In this document: one piece after another, positions 27,872 through 36,594 of the stretch
How positions within the stretch are numbered: the first letter of the stretch is position 1
Layout of the letters: each line of letters begins with the position of its first letter
DNA from: Bdellovibrionales bacterium
Lineage (GTDB): Bacteria > Bdellovibrionota > Bdellovibrionia > Bdellovibrionales > JAUICD01
Assembly: GCA_965197425.1 (NCBI GenBank)
Contig: CBDANC010000015.1
Coordinates: 64,001-128,000 of the forward strand
DNA length: 64,000 nucleotides
Direction: 5' to 3'
The notes under the pieces: generated by a model
Told to the model about the DNA's origin: nothing
What the model saw: only the letters and a program-made list of their open reading frames with translations
The model's database searches: none
Position numbers and translations under genes: made by a program

Positions 27872-30031
27872 ATGACAAAGGATATAAAGGGAATTTTATG
27901 GCTGTTTGGTGCGGTCTTTTTATTTTTGTGTTTATACAGCTATAACCCTCTTGATCCTTCTTTTAATTCTATATCTAGTAACTTAGGCAAGATACACAAC
28001 ATGTGTGGTATTGTTGGGAGTTTTTTATCTGATGCCCTTTTACAGATTTTTGGTGTAGCTGCTTGGGTATTTGTATTATTTTTCTTGCGGTGTGCGGTTC
28101 TTAGTTTTAAAGGGTATGGGTTACAGATAACCAAGTCAAATGTGCTGATCTGTATTGTACTTCTTGCAACTTTACCTAGTATATGTTCACTTTATTTGCC
28201 CAGTTCCCCTTATGGTTTAAATATTTTAACTGGGGGCGTAGTAGGCCTTTTGGTATCCAATGGCCTTGTAAATATTTTAAACCCTCTTGGCGCTGGGGTT
28301 GTGCTCTGGACCTTCTTTTGTATTTTTATCATTTTTTGCGGTGGTAGGGGCCTTACATTTAATCTTTTTAGAAGTGCGTATAAATTTCTCTATTCGGTTA
28401 TTTTCAATGTGCTTTATTTTTTTGGTGCTAGTAGGTTAGTTTTTTATTTTAGGCAAAAATTTCAAAAACCAAAAGACATTCAGAGTTATTCTGATTTGAG
28501 GGGAGACTATGAGGTTTTTGATATTGAGAAAGAAAAGGTTAAAAATTCTTGTATTCCTAAGTCTCAGGAAAACTGGCTATTTCCTAAGTTAGGCATGTTA
28601 TCTAGTGCTACTACTGCTAGAGTTAGAATTGATGATCATACGATAAAGCGAAGTATTTCTATTTTAGAGAATAAGTTAAATCAGTTTGCTGTAAAGGGTG
28701 TGGTTGTATCAGTAAAGTCTGGCCCTGCGGTGACCTTGTATGAGTTTAAGCCAGAAGTTAACGTAAAGATTAGTAAAATTACAGATCTTGCTGATGATTT
28801 AAGTTTAGCTTTGAGTGCTGAGTCAGTGAGGATCATAGCTCCTCTCCCGGGTAGAGATGTTGTAGGTATTGAAACTTCTAATCCTAATAGAGATATTGTT
28901 TATTTGAAGGATATTTTGGAGGATAGTAGTTTTTGGGATGAGGGAAAGAGCCTTCCCTTGGTTATGGGTAAAAGTGTAAACGGTTCTTGTCAGGTAATTG
29001 ATCTTAGAAAGATACCTCATTTGTTGGTTGCTGGCACAACTGGTTCTGGAAAATCTGTTTTTATTGTTTCTATAATTACGGGTCTTTTATTCAGGCATTC
29101 GCCTAAGACAATGAGGCTTATACTTATTGATCCAAAGCAAGTTGATCTGAGTGTATTTCATAATATTCCTCATTTATTAATGCCTCCTATTAAGGATGTT
29201 AGCCAGGCTGTTGTATCTTTGAAATGGGCCATAGCTGAGATGGAGAAGAGATATAGGTCGATGTCTGAGTTTGGTGTAAGGGATTTGGATAGTTTTAATA
29301 AGGTTGTTTCAAAGTTGTCTGAAAGTGAAAAAGCTCATTATGAAAAGATAAATCAAGAACCTAAGTTTTATTATACTAAGCAGCCTTATATAGTGATTGT
29401 TATAGAGGAGTTTGGGGATTTAATGGCAGTGGATAAGGCTAATGTGCAGCACTTAGTAGTGAGATTAGCCCAAATGGCAAGGGCATGTGGAATACATTTA
29501 ATTTTATCTGTACAAAGTCCTAGAAGGGATGTGGTTACTGGTTTAATAAAAACAAACATACCAGGTAGGATTAGCTTTAAGGTAGCTAGTAAGATTGATT
29601 CCAGGGTTATCTTGGATGAGTCGGGTGGTGAGAGGCTTTTGGCTAAGGGTGATATGTTGTTTATAGCTCCTGGTATTGGAAAACCAGCTAGGTATCATGG
29701 CCCTTGGGTGAATGAGATGGATGTTGAAAAAATTGCTACATTTTGGGAGCAGCAGTCTGAGGATGAATACGACCCTGTTGCTGTAGACATGTTGAATCAA
29801 TCTTCATCAGAAAATGGTATGAGCTATTTTAATAGTTTTAACAAAGACAGCATGTATGATGAGGCATTGGAGTTTGTTCAATCTCAACAAGAGGTTAGCG
29901 TATCTATGCTTCAGCGCAAATTCCGTTTGGGATATCCTAGGGCTGCTAGGATTATTGAAACTTTTGAAAAAGAGGGTATTGTTAGTGTTCCTCAAGGAAG
30001 CAAGCCCCGTCAGGTGCTAAAACAGCAATAG
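27872..30031 (+). CDS. ftsK: DNA translocase FtsK
   Basis: N-terminal 4TM domain, PHLLVAGTTGSGKS, IDPK, gamma domain LQRKFRLGYPRAARII. Confidence 0.97.
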   Translation: MTKDIKGILWLFGAVFLFLCLYSYNPLDPSFNSISSNLGKIHNMCGIVGSFLSDALLQIFGVAAWVFVLFFLRCAVLSFKGYGLQITKSNVLICIVLLATLPSICSLYLPSSPYGLNILTGGVVGLLVSNGLVNILNPLGAGVVLWTFFCIFIIFCGGRGLTFNLFRSAYKFLYSVIFNVLYFFGASRLVFYFRQKFQKPKDIQSYSDLRGDYEVFDIEKEKVKNSCIPKSQENWLFPKLGMLSSATTARVRIDDHTIKRSISILENKLNQFAVKGVVVSVKSGPAVTLYEFKPEVNVKISKITDLADDLSLALSAESVRIIAPLPGRDVVGIETSNPNRDIVYLKDILEDSSFWDEGKSLPLVMGKSVNGSCQVIDLRKIPHLLVAGTTGSGKSVFIVSIITGLLFRHSPKTMRLILIDPKQVDLSVFHNIPHLLMPPIKDVSQAVVSLKWAIAEMEKRYRSMSEFGVRDLDSFNKVVSKLSESEKAHYEKINQEPKFYYTKQPYIVIVIEEFGDLMAVDKANVQHLVVRLAQMARACGIHLILSVQSPRRDVVTGLIKTNIPGRISFKVASKIDSRVILDESGGERLLAKGDMLFIAPGIGKPARYHGPWVNEMDVEKIATFWEQQSEDEYDPVAVDMLNQSSSENGMSYFNSFNKDSMYDEALEFVQSQQEVSVSMLQRKFRLGYPRAARIIETFEKEGIVSVPQGSKPRQVLKQQ

Positions 30032-30083
30032 GGCGTTTCTTAAAAGCTTCTATTTTGTCTATTAAAGTTAAATCAGCTTATTT

Positions 30084-30155
30084 GCATCATGAAACAGGCA
30101 TTCGCAACAAAAAGAGAACAAGTCCCCTTATTTGTTGCTCATTAGCCTCACCTTT
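30084..30155 (-). repeat. Modular repeat family, short unit
   Basis: Reverse complement AAAGGTGAGGCTAATGA-GCAACAAA...TTTGTTGC-GAATGCCTGTTTC (variant but paired outer stem). Confidence 0.8.
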
Positions 30156-30166
30156 AAATTTGTTTA

Positions 30167-30202
30167 TGACAAAATTTGTCTGTCTGTATGACAAATTTTG
30201 CA
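30167..30202. promoter_or_regulatory. Tandem palindromic sites, putative enhancer-binding-protein UAS
   Basis: TGACAAAATTTGTCT (30167) and TGACAAATTTTGCA (30189), 22 bp apart, about 90-125 bp upstream of the predicted sigma-54 start. Confidence 0.6.
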
Positions 30203-30264
30203 GAGTATTTTGCTAAAAATATCGCTAAACCCTGAAATTTGGTGTTTATGGGCGGTTTTTGGTA

Positions 30265-30280
30265 TGGCATGGCAGTTGCT
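30265..30280 (+). promoter_or_regulatory. Sigma-54 (RpoN) -24/-12 promoter
   Basis: TGGCATG-GCAG-TTGCT, GG-N10-GC, one mismatch to TGGCACG-N4-TTGCW. Confidence 0.78.
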
Positions 30281-30290
30281 ATATATAAGG

Positions 30291-30365
30291 GTACAACACA
30301 CTCTCTCCTTACCACATGCTTTTACCGTGTGAGCCCCCTTTCACCGGTAAAAGCATGATTTTTTT
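30291..30365 (+). ncRNA. Putative sigma-54-dependent small RNA (~75 nt)
   Basis: Begins 12 nt after the -12 C; no plausible ORF; C/U-rich 5' arm (CACUCUCUCCUU) and a terminator hairpin with a CCCCCU loop followed by U7. Confidence 0.6.
30315..30365 (+). terminator. Intrinsic terminator
   Basis: 13-bp perfect stem CATGCTTTTACCG / CGGTAAAAGCATG, extended by GTGA/TCAC, then A-TTTTTTT. Confidence 0.85.
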
Positions 30366-30368
30366 ATA

Positions 30369-30480
30369 AACACTGATTGAATCTGCTAATAAACCGGCTT
30401 GATTCAATTGGCTTTTCATATTGAAATATGTTCTATCTTTGCCAATTGAAAGAACCTCCTCGATGGTCGGTTTGTTGGTT
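30369..30480 (+). repeat. Modular repeat family, degenerate unit with module B
   Basis: AACACTGATTGAA..TTCAATTGGC...GCCAATTGAAAGAACCTCCTCGATGGTCGGTTT. Confidence 0.72.
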
Positions 30481-30496
30481 TTTATGGGTTGGTTTT

Positions 30497-31315
30497 ATGG
30501 TTTCTAACATTTTCAAGCATTTTAGCGGGGCTAAGATCACATTTGATGGTGAGGATGCTTTTGATTTTTTACAACGTCTTAGTACGCAGGATATTTTGCT
30601 GGCTGATAATCATCTAGTTCAAGGTATTTTTTTAGACAAAAGAGCCAGGGTTATTGGTCCTTTTTATTGTATTAGGGATAAATATTATCGTCTTATAGTT
30701 TCTGATGAGTTTAAGAACGATGTTATTTCTTACATAGAAAAAATGCATTTTAGTGAGGATTTAAAGTTTAGTGTAGAGAATATAGTTTGGACAGAGGAGA
30801 GATATATTGATACCCCAACGGAGACTGTGGCACATAAGTTAACAGATTGGAGTTTAGATGTAGTCTATAAGGGTGTGTTTTATGAGAAGGTTTTAGCAGA
30901 TGACATGAAACATGAATTCGAAAGGTTATCTTACATGGCCAAAAGTCCTGGTATAGATAATGTATGTTTTAAAAGTATTATGATATTAGACGGTCCATTT
31001 GATCACTTTATTTCCAGGAACAAAGGGTGTTATCCGGGTCAAGAGGTAGTGGAAAAAATTTACCATAATAGAAGACCCAAGGAGATGTTTGTGTGTCATA
31101 TAGAATCACAGTTAGATACCACGGGGAGGTATCCTCTTTTTTCTAAAAGCAGAAAAATTGGGGAATTTTTAAGCTCAATACCTGATGAAAATGTTGGTTG
31201 TAGCATCGCTTTAGCGTTTGTTAGGAGCAATAAATTTAAGGTAGGGGATATGTTAGATACTGAAGATGGTTTAATTGTTAAATTAGTTGGCAAGACCTCA
31301 GTAAGTTTTGAGTAA
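30497..31315 (+). CDS. ygfZ: YgfZ/GcvT-like folate-binding protein
   Basis: GEDAFDFLQRLSTQD, KGCYPGQEVV; the ORF-track N-terminal extension lies in the repeat. Confidence 0.85.
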   Translation: MVSNIFKHFSGAKITFDGEDAFDFLQRLSTQDILLADNHLVQGIFLDKRARVIGPFYCIRDKYYRLIVSDEFKNDVISYIEKMHFSEDLKFSVENIVWTEERYIDTPTETVAHKLTDWSLDVVYKGVFYEKVLADDMKHEFERLSYMAKSPGIDNVCFKSIMILDGPFDHFISRNKGCYPGQEVVEKIYHNRRPKEMFVCHIESQLDTTGRYPLFSKSRKIGEFLSSIPDENVGCSIALAFVRSNKFKVGDMLDTEDGLIVKLVGKTSVSFE

Positions 31316-31428
31316 AAAAAATAAAAAGTAACTGTACATATAGCAGTATGAATTTTAGAATGCTTTTGTCGAGCTGCGGTTTGTTTGCAGCAATAAGGGA
31401 TTAAAATTAACAACAATAGAGGAGAGAC

Positions 31429-32184
31429 ATGAGAGGATTATTATTATTTGCATTATTATTTGCGGTGGGTTGCAGTCCATCGGCTATTCAATTGCAGAAA
31501 ACTTTGGAGCAAAATCCAAATATACTTGTAAACGCCATCAAGAAAAATCCTGATGCGATAATTGGTGCTATTGACGATGCTGCAAAAGGAAAAGCCAATG
31601 CTAGAGCGGCTGGACAACAACAGGACTCAAGGGAAGCTGAATTTGCAAACCCTAAAAAACCTGAAATAGGTAAAGATAGAGTTATGTTTGGGTCAAAGAA
31701 TGCTTCTATAACAATTGTGGAATACTCTGACTTTGAGTGTCCTTTCTGTTCTAGGGGTTACAACACCCTAAAAGAGCTTATGGGTAAATATGAAGGGAAG
31801 ATAAGAGTGCTATATAAACACCTTCCGTTGAATTTCCATCCATTGGCTGAACCTGCTGCTAGGTACTACGAAGCAATTGCATTACAGGATCATAAAAAAG
31901 CTGCTAGTTTTCATGACAAAATTTTCGAGGAGCAAAGCAAGTTAAAAACTGAAGGTCAAGCAATGCTAGATAGATTGGCTAAAGAGGTTGGTGCTGATGT
32001 AGCTAAACTTAAAAGAGACAAGGATTCTCAGAAAGTCACAGATATTATAGAAGCAGACAAAGCTGAAGCTGCTAAGTTTGGATTTTCTGGAACACCTGGG
32101 TTTTTAATAAATGGTGTATCTATTAAGGGTGCATATCCTGCTGCTGAATTTCAAAAAGTCATAGACAGACATTTAGCTAACTAA
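31429..32184 (+). CDS. DsbA-family thioredoxin-fold lipoprotein
   Basis: Lipobox FAVGC; EYSDFECPFC; SGTPGF. Confidence 0.92.
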   Translation: MRGLLLFALLFAVGCSPSAIQLQKTLEQNPNILVNAIKKNPDAIIGAIDDAAKGKANARAAGQQQDSREAEFANPKKPEIGKDRVMFGSKNASITIVEYSDFECPFCSRGYNTLKELMGKYEGKIRVLYKHLPLNFHPLAEPAARYYEAIALQDHKKAASFHDKIFEEQSKLKTEGQAMLDRLAKEVGADVAKLKRDKDSQKVTDIIEADKAEAAKFGFSGTPGFLINGVSIKGAYPAAEFQKVIDRHLAN

Positions 32185-32465
32185 AGTAAAGCTCTTCAAG
32201 TGAGTCATCAAAAAGTAAACTTGTTTGCTTTTTGGACTCACTGTTGCGCAGAGAACCGGCCCCCGTGAAACCCTTGTTTTGCCTTAAATGCTAGAGGTAG
32301 AAATGAAACTGTGTCTTTGCATAGTTCTCAAGGAGGATCAGACAGTCCGGTAATCAGGTACCCCCTAGCGAGGGAGGTATTTGAGCATTGTTAGCGTTAC
32401 AAAATTTTATTTTGTAAAAGATAGAACGCTTGTCGAACACTTTCACCCTTAGGGTGGTCGGGCAG

Positions 32466-33443
32466 TCAGGCGTTTGGAACTTTTAGGCAAGCAGCAATAT
32501 GACGATCTCTTTTTGTATTTAGCTCTGGAATTTTTTTAGCACATTCACTGTCTGCAATACTACATCTGGGGTGAAATGAGCATCCTGTTGGTGGATTAAT
32601 AGGGCTTGAGACATCTCCAGAAAGGATTATTTTTGCTTTCTTTACCTTTGGATCTGGTATTGGTATTGCTGACATCAGTGCTTTTGTGTAGGGGTGCTGT
32701 GGATATTTATATAGGTCAAGGCTTTCAGCTAATTCCACGATTTTTCCTAGATACATCACTGCTACGCGATTTGAGATGTGTTCTACTACCTTTAGATCAT
32801 GAGCTATGAACAGATAGGTTAATTCAAATTTTTCTTGCAGATCCATTAGTAGGTTCACTACTTGTGCTTGGACCGAAACATCTAGTGCTGATACTGGTTC
32901 ATCGCAAACAATAAATTCTGGATTAACTGCAAGTACTCTTGCTATTCCTATTCTTTGTCTTTGTCCTCCAGAAAATTCGTGGGGATATCTGTTTATGGCT
33001 TCAAATCTTAATCCCACAATTTCCAAAAGTTCTTTTACTCTATCCATTCGGTCTTTTTTACTTTTTATTAGTTTGTGAATTACAAGTGGTTCTGAGATGA
33101 TATTTCCTACTGTCATTCTTGGGTTTAAACTAGCGTACGGATCTTGAAAGATGATTTGTATTTTTTGTCTAAGCTTTCTAAGTTGTTCCCCTTTATATTT
33201 AGTTATATTTTGGTTCCTATAGAATATTTCTCCTTGGTCACTTTCTAATAGTCTTACAATAATTCGGCCCAGTGTTGATTTTCCACAACCACTTTCTCCA
33301 ACTAAGCCTAAGGTTTCTCCTTTTTTTATATCAAAAGTTACTCCAGAAACTGCTTTGACACTAATTTTTTCTTTTGAAAAAATATTTGTTTTGATTTCAA
33401 AATTCTTACGTAAGTTTTTAACTTTGATTAAATTTTCACTCAT
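32466..33443 (-). CDS. oppF: Oligo/dipeptide ABC transporter ATP-binding protein (OppF/DppF)
   Basis: GESGCGKS, YPHEFSGGQRQR, DEPVSALD, C-terminal Cys cluster. Confidence 0.92.
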   Translation of the reverse strand: MSENLIKVKNLRKNFEIKTNIFSKEKISVKAVSGVTFDIKKGETLGLVGESGCGKSTLGRIIVRLLESDQGEIFYRNQNITKYKGEQLRKLRQKIQIIFQDPYASLNPRMTVGNIISEPLVIHKLIKSKKDRMDRVKELLEIVGLRFEAINRYPHEFSGGQRQRIGIARVLAVNPEFIVCDEPVSALDVSVQAQVVNLLMDLQEKFELTYLFIAHDLKVVEHISNRVAVMYLGKIVELAESLDLYKYPQHPYTKALMSAIPIPDPKVKKAKIILSGDVSSPINPPTGCSFHPRCSIADSECAKKIPELNTKRDRHIAACLKVPNA

Positions 33444-33444
33444 C

Positions 33445-34422
33445 TTAGGTACCTCTAGGAAAGTAACATGAAAATGTATGGGTGTTAGAGCTTCTAGATA
33501 GATCCGGATGTCTTTCTTCGCATTGTGTTTTGGCGTGATTACATCTTTTTCGAAAACGACATCCTGGCCCTATGTCTAGTAGGCTTGGTACCATGCCTGG
33601 TATAGCTTGTAATCTCTTTAATTTTTTGTCTGTTTCAAAACGTGGTACGGAGTCAATTAATCCTTTTGTGTAATGATGTTTTGATCTGTAAAAAATATCT
33701 TGTGCAGTTCCATACTCGATGATTTTCCCTGCGTACATAACCGCTACATTGTCGCAAGTTTCTGCTACAACTCCCAGATCGTGTGTGATTAGAATCATTG
33801 CCATGTTTAGTTTTTGTTGAAGTGTATTTATTAACTCTAAAATCTGAGCTTGTATTGTAACATCTAAAGCTGTTGTGGGTTCATCCGCTATTAGCAGTTC
33901 TGGACCTGAGCTTAAAGCCATTGCTATCATCACTCTTTGTCTCATTCCTCCGGAGAGTTGGTGTGGATATTCGCTCAGTCTTTTTTTTGCTTCTGGTATC
34001 CCAACTAGCTCTAGCATTTCTATTGTTTTGTCTATTACTTCTTTTCTGCGTAATTTTTTTTGATGTAATGATATGGCTTCTGAGATTTGATTACCTATAC
34101 TGAATACAGGGTTTAAACTGGTCATGGGTTCTTGAAAGATCATAGAGATGTGATTGCCTCTTATACCTCTCATCTCTTTTTCATTGATAGTTAATACTGG
34201 CCTTTTTTTAAATAAAATCTCGCCACCATATATTTTGCCAGGTGGTGATTGAATTAATCTCATTATAGATAGTGCGCTTACTGATTTTCCACAGCCACTC
34301 TCTCCTACCAGCCCCAAGGTTTTGCCTTTTTCAACTTTAAAAGAGATATCATCAACAGCGGTGAGAAATCCTTGGTCTATTTTAAATCCGACTTTTAAAT
34401 TATTAACTTCAAGTAAACTCAC
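33445..34422 (-). CDS. oppD: Oligo/dipeptide ABC transporter ATP-binding protein (OppD/DppD)
   Basis: GESGCGKS, YPHQLSGGMRQR, DEPTTALD. Confidence 0.92.
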   Translation of the reverse strand: MSLLEVNNLKVGFKIDQGFLTAVDDISFKVEKGKTLGLVGESGCGKSVSALSIMRLIQSPPGKIYGGEILFKKRPVLTINEKEMRGIRGNHISMIFQEPMTSLNPVFSIGNQISEAISLHQKKLRRKEVIDKTIEMLELVGIPEAKKRLSEYPHQLSGGMRQRVMIAMALSSGPELLIADEPTTALDVTIQAQILELINTLQQKLNMAMILITHDLGVVAETCDNVAVMYAGKIIEYGTAQDIFYRSKHHYTKGLIDSVPRFETDKKLKRLQAIPGMVPSLLDIGPGCRFRKRCNHAKTQCEERHPDLSRSSNTHTFSCYFPRGT

Positions 34423-34534
34423 AATAAACTACCTGCCGGGGATGTTACCATATGCAGCAAAAAAATATATAAGCAAGTGAAAAAAAAGCTAAAGAATGTT
34501 GACACATAGTGCTTTCGGGCATGACCATGGAACT

Positions 34535-35053
34535 ATGAGATGGATAGTGTTAGCGATTCTTATGTTTACTTTGCCAGCGATGGGTGCAAAGAGACCAAAT
34601 CAAGCAAAAAGAAAAATTTCTGTTAAACAAGAATTATTTGAATTCAAAGAACTTGAAACTTCATGGTGGAGAGCTCCTGTGCCTGCTAGTAAAAAAGGTG
34701 TGGCTTTGTTGTTTAGAGCCCCATTATCTAAGCAAAAAGATTTTCAGCCTATTATGACTGTAAGGGTTGGTAAAACCAAACAGGGCATAAATAATTATGT
34801 GGCTTCATGGATGGGTGACTATTCAAAATTAGGATATGATATTTTGGGTTCTAGGGCATTTAAGCACAACAGCCAAAGATCATATGTGGTAGATGTCAGA
34901 AACTCTTCTACTAAAAAACAAGCTCGTCAGGTGATCTTTTTAAAAAACAACAATACTGTGATATTAACCTGCATAGACAGAGTAGATACCTTCAAAAACT
35001 CTCTTTCTGAGTGCAATAAAATAGTAAAATCTTTTTCCTGGACCACTATTTAG
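34535..35053 (+). CDS. Hypothetical exported protein (possibly PsbP/DcrB-like fold)
   Basis: Signal peptide MRWIVLAILMFTLPAMG; C-terminal F...IVKSF pattern; fold assignment tentative. Confidence 0.7.
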   Translation: MRWIVLAILMFTLPAMGAKRPNQAKRKISVKQELFEFKELETSWWRAPVPASKKGVALLFRAPLSKQKDFQPIMTVRVGKTKQGINNYVASWMGDYSKLGYDILGSRAFKHNSQRSYVVDVRNSSTKKQARQVIFLKNNNTVILTCIDRVDTFKNSLSECNKIVKSFSWTTI

Positions 35054-35162
35054 GTTCCATAGCTTTAAAGACGATATATAAATGTTAAGGATTTATTCTT
35101 AAGTGTGGTGGAACTAGAGTTTTGATTGATTCAATCAGTGTTGGTAGGAGGGGTTTAAACAG

Positions 35163-35864
35163 ATGAGATGGATATTTTTCATACTGCTGCTTGCTTCCTT
35201 TGGTGCACAGGCACAAAACAAAGAAGCTAAAAGTTTTTTTATATCAGCTAAAGACGGTTTTCTTTTAGGTGGTCAGAAAACCAAAACAGTAGGTTCAGGT
35301 GCAGAGCTGGACTATGATAGCAAGATAAGCTTTGTTAACGGAGTGAATATTGGATATGTATTTAACTCCGTTGCACTCGATATGGGCATTTCATATTATG
35401 AAGCTATTTTGGATCTTAATGAATCTGGAAGTTTGCGAACACAATCAGTTTGCAGTTCCATAGGTTGTGTTGTGGGCGAGAGAAAGAATGTTTTGGTCTC
35501 GCTTGGTGGCACAGCATATTTTTTGAGTAACAAAAACTTAGTAAAGCCATACCTTACTCTGAGAGCTGGAATGAGCAGAAGCCATGTTATACTTAACTTG
35601 GGGGTAGATAAAACTGTTACCTCCGAACAGGGTATTGGTACTCGTGCAAACGCAGGTGTGGTGATATCTGATAGTAAAAGTTTTGTTCCTTTCGCTCAAA
35701 TTGGAGCAGGAATAGATCTTTCCTACGGTCTTGGTGTTGGCTATAAATTTATGTGGTTGGGGTCACACAGAGTTAATAAATTGTCAGGACTACAAGATGA
35801 ATTAGAGCTTAAAAACTCATTCAACCATATTGCTGAATTAAGACTAACCTTGCCTTTCAATTAA
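35163..35864 (+). CDS. Outer-membrane beta-barrel protein (8-stranded OmpA/Opa-like)
   Basis: Signal peptide, VKPYLTLRAG, AQIGAGID, amphipathic strands. Confidence 0.8.
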   Translation: MRWIFFILLLASFGAQAQNKEAKSFFISAKDGFLLGGQKTKTVGSGAELDYDSKISFVNGVNIGYVFNSVALDMGISYYEAILDLNESGSLRTQSVCSSIGCVVGERKNVLVSLGGTAYFLSNKNLVKPYLTLRAGMSRSHVILNLGVDKTVTSEQGIGTRANAGVVISDSKSFVPFAQIGAGIDLSYGLGVGYKFMWLGSHRVNKLSGLQDELELKNSFNHIAELRLTLPFN

Positions 35865-35869
35865 TATTA

Positions 35870-35931
35870 AAGGTCTTCCGAATTAAGCTAAAAACAAGTC
35901 ACCTTGTTTCTAGCCTCATTAACCTCACCTT
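35870..35931. repeat. Modular repeat family: two 5' ends fused into one palindrome
   Basis: AAGGTCTTCCGAATTAAGCTAAAAACAAG-TCAC plus the reverse complement of AAGGTGAGGTTAATGAGGCTAGAAACAAG. Confidence 0.85.
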
Positions 35932-36048
35932 GTCTGGTATGTTTTTAATTTTTTTGGAAAAATTAAAAGATATTACTGTTGCCTGGTGGCGGGTGCCAGA
36001 TGCAGATAACAGATCCCTGATTACCAGATCCCAGATCTAATCTGGCGA

Positions 36049-36594
36049 TCAGTACAGAGCTTTAAATACCACTAGAGATTTATCGCCGTAAGTTTTTTTA
36101 CTTATCTGGGATAAATTTTGATATGACTCTTCCATGCTGTCATGTTTGCTTACTTGAATTGTTACCAAACCACTTTCTCTTACAACATCACTATTTGAAA
36201 CAGCTAACAGAATCTTATCTGATATTCTTTTTGTAAAAGGAGGATCAACAAATATAATATCAAACTTTTTATCACAAGCTTCTAGAAACCTGAAAGCATC
36301 TTGTTTATACACTGATATTGACTGTGATAGATTAAACTTTTCTATATTTTTCTTTATAATATCTATGGATTTTGTATTATTGTCTACAGCAACAATACTT
36401 TTAGCTCCTCTAGAAATTGCTTCTATTGACAAATTTCCTGTGCCAGAAAACAGATCTAGTATCTCTGCATCTTGTATATGAAAGTTTATAATATTAAACA
36501 AACTTTCCTTTACTGTATCTGACATGGGTCTTATATGTGAAAAATTAAAGCTTACAAGGGTTCTACCTTTTAGACTCCCACTAATTACTCTCAT
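36049..36594 (-). CDS. rsmD: 16S rRNA m2G966 methyltransferase
   Basis: MRVISG..KGR, VKESLFN, LDLFSGTG, DPPF. Confidence 0.95.
   Translation of the reverse strand: MRVISGSLKGRTLVSFNFSHIRPMSDTVKESLFNIINFHIQDAEILDLFSGTGNLSIEAISRGAKSIVAVDNNTKSIDIIKKNIEKFNLSQSISVYKQDAFRFLEACDKKFDIIFVDPPFTKRISDKILLAVSNSDVVRESGLVTIQVSKHDSMEESYQNLSQISKKTYGDKSLVVFKALY

Noticed and set aside
30369..30490. 6S RNA (long closing stem with internal bubble)
   Set aside because: Too short, and the sequence is explained as a degenerate copy of the repeat family
32248..32275. SAM-I riboswitch-like string GAGAACCGGCCCCCGTGAAACCC
   Set aside because: It lacks the AUC and GCAAC elements and lies between convergent gene ends rather than in a 5' leader
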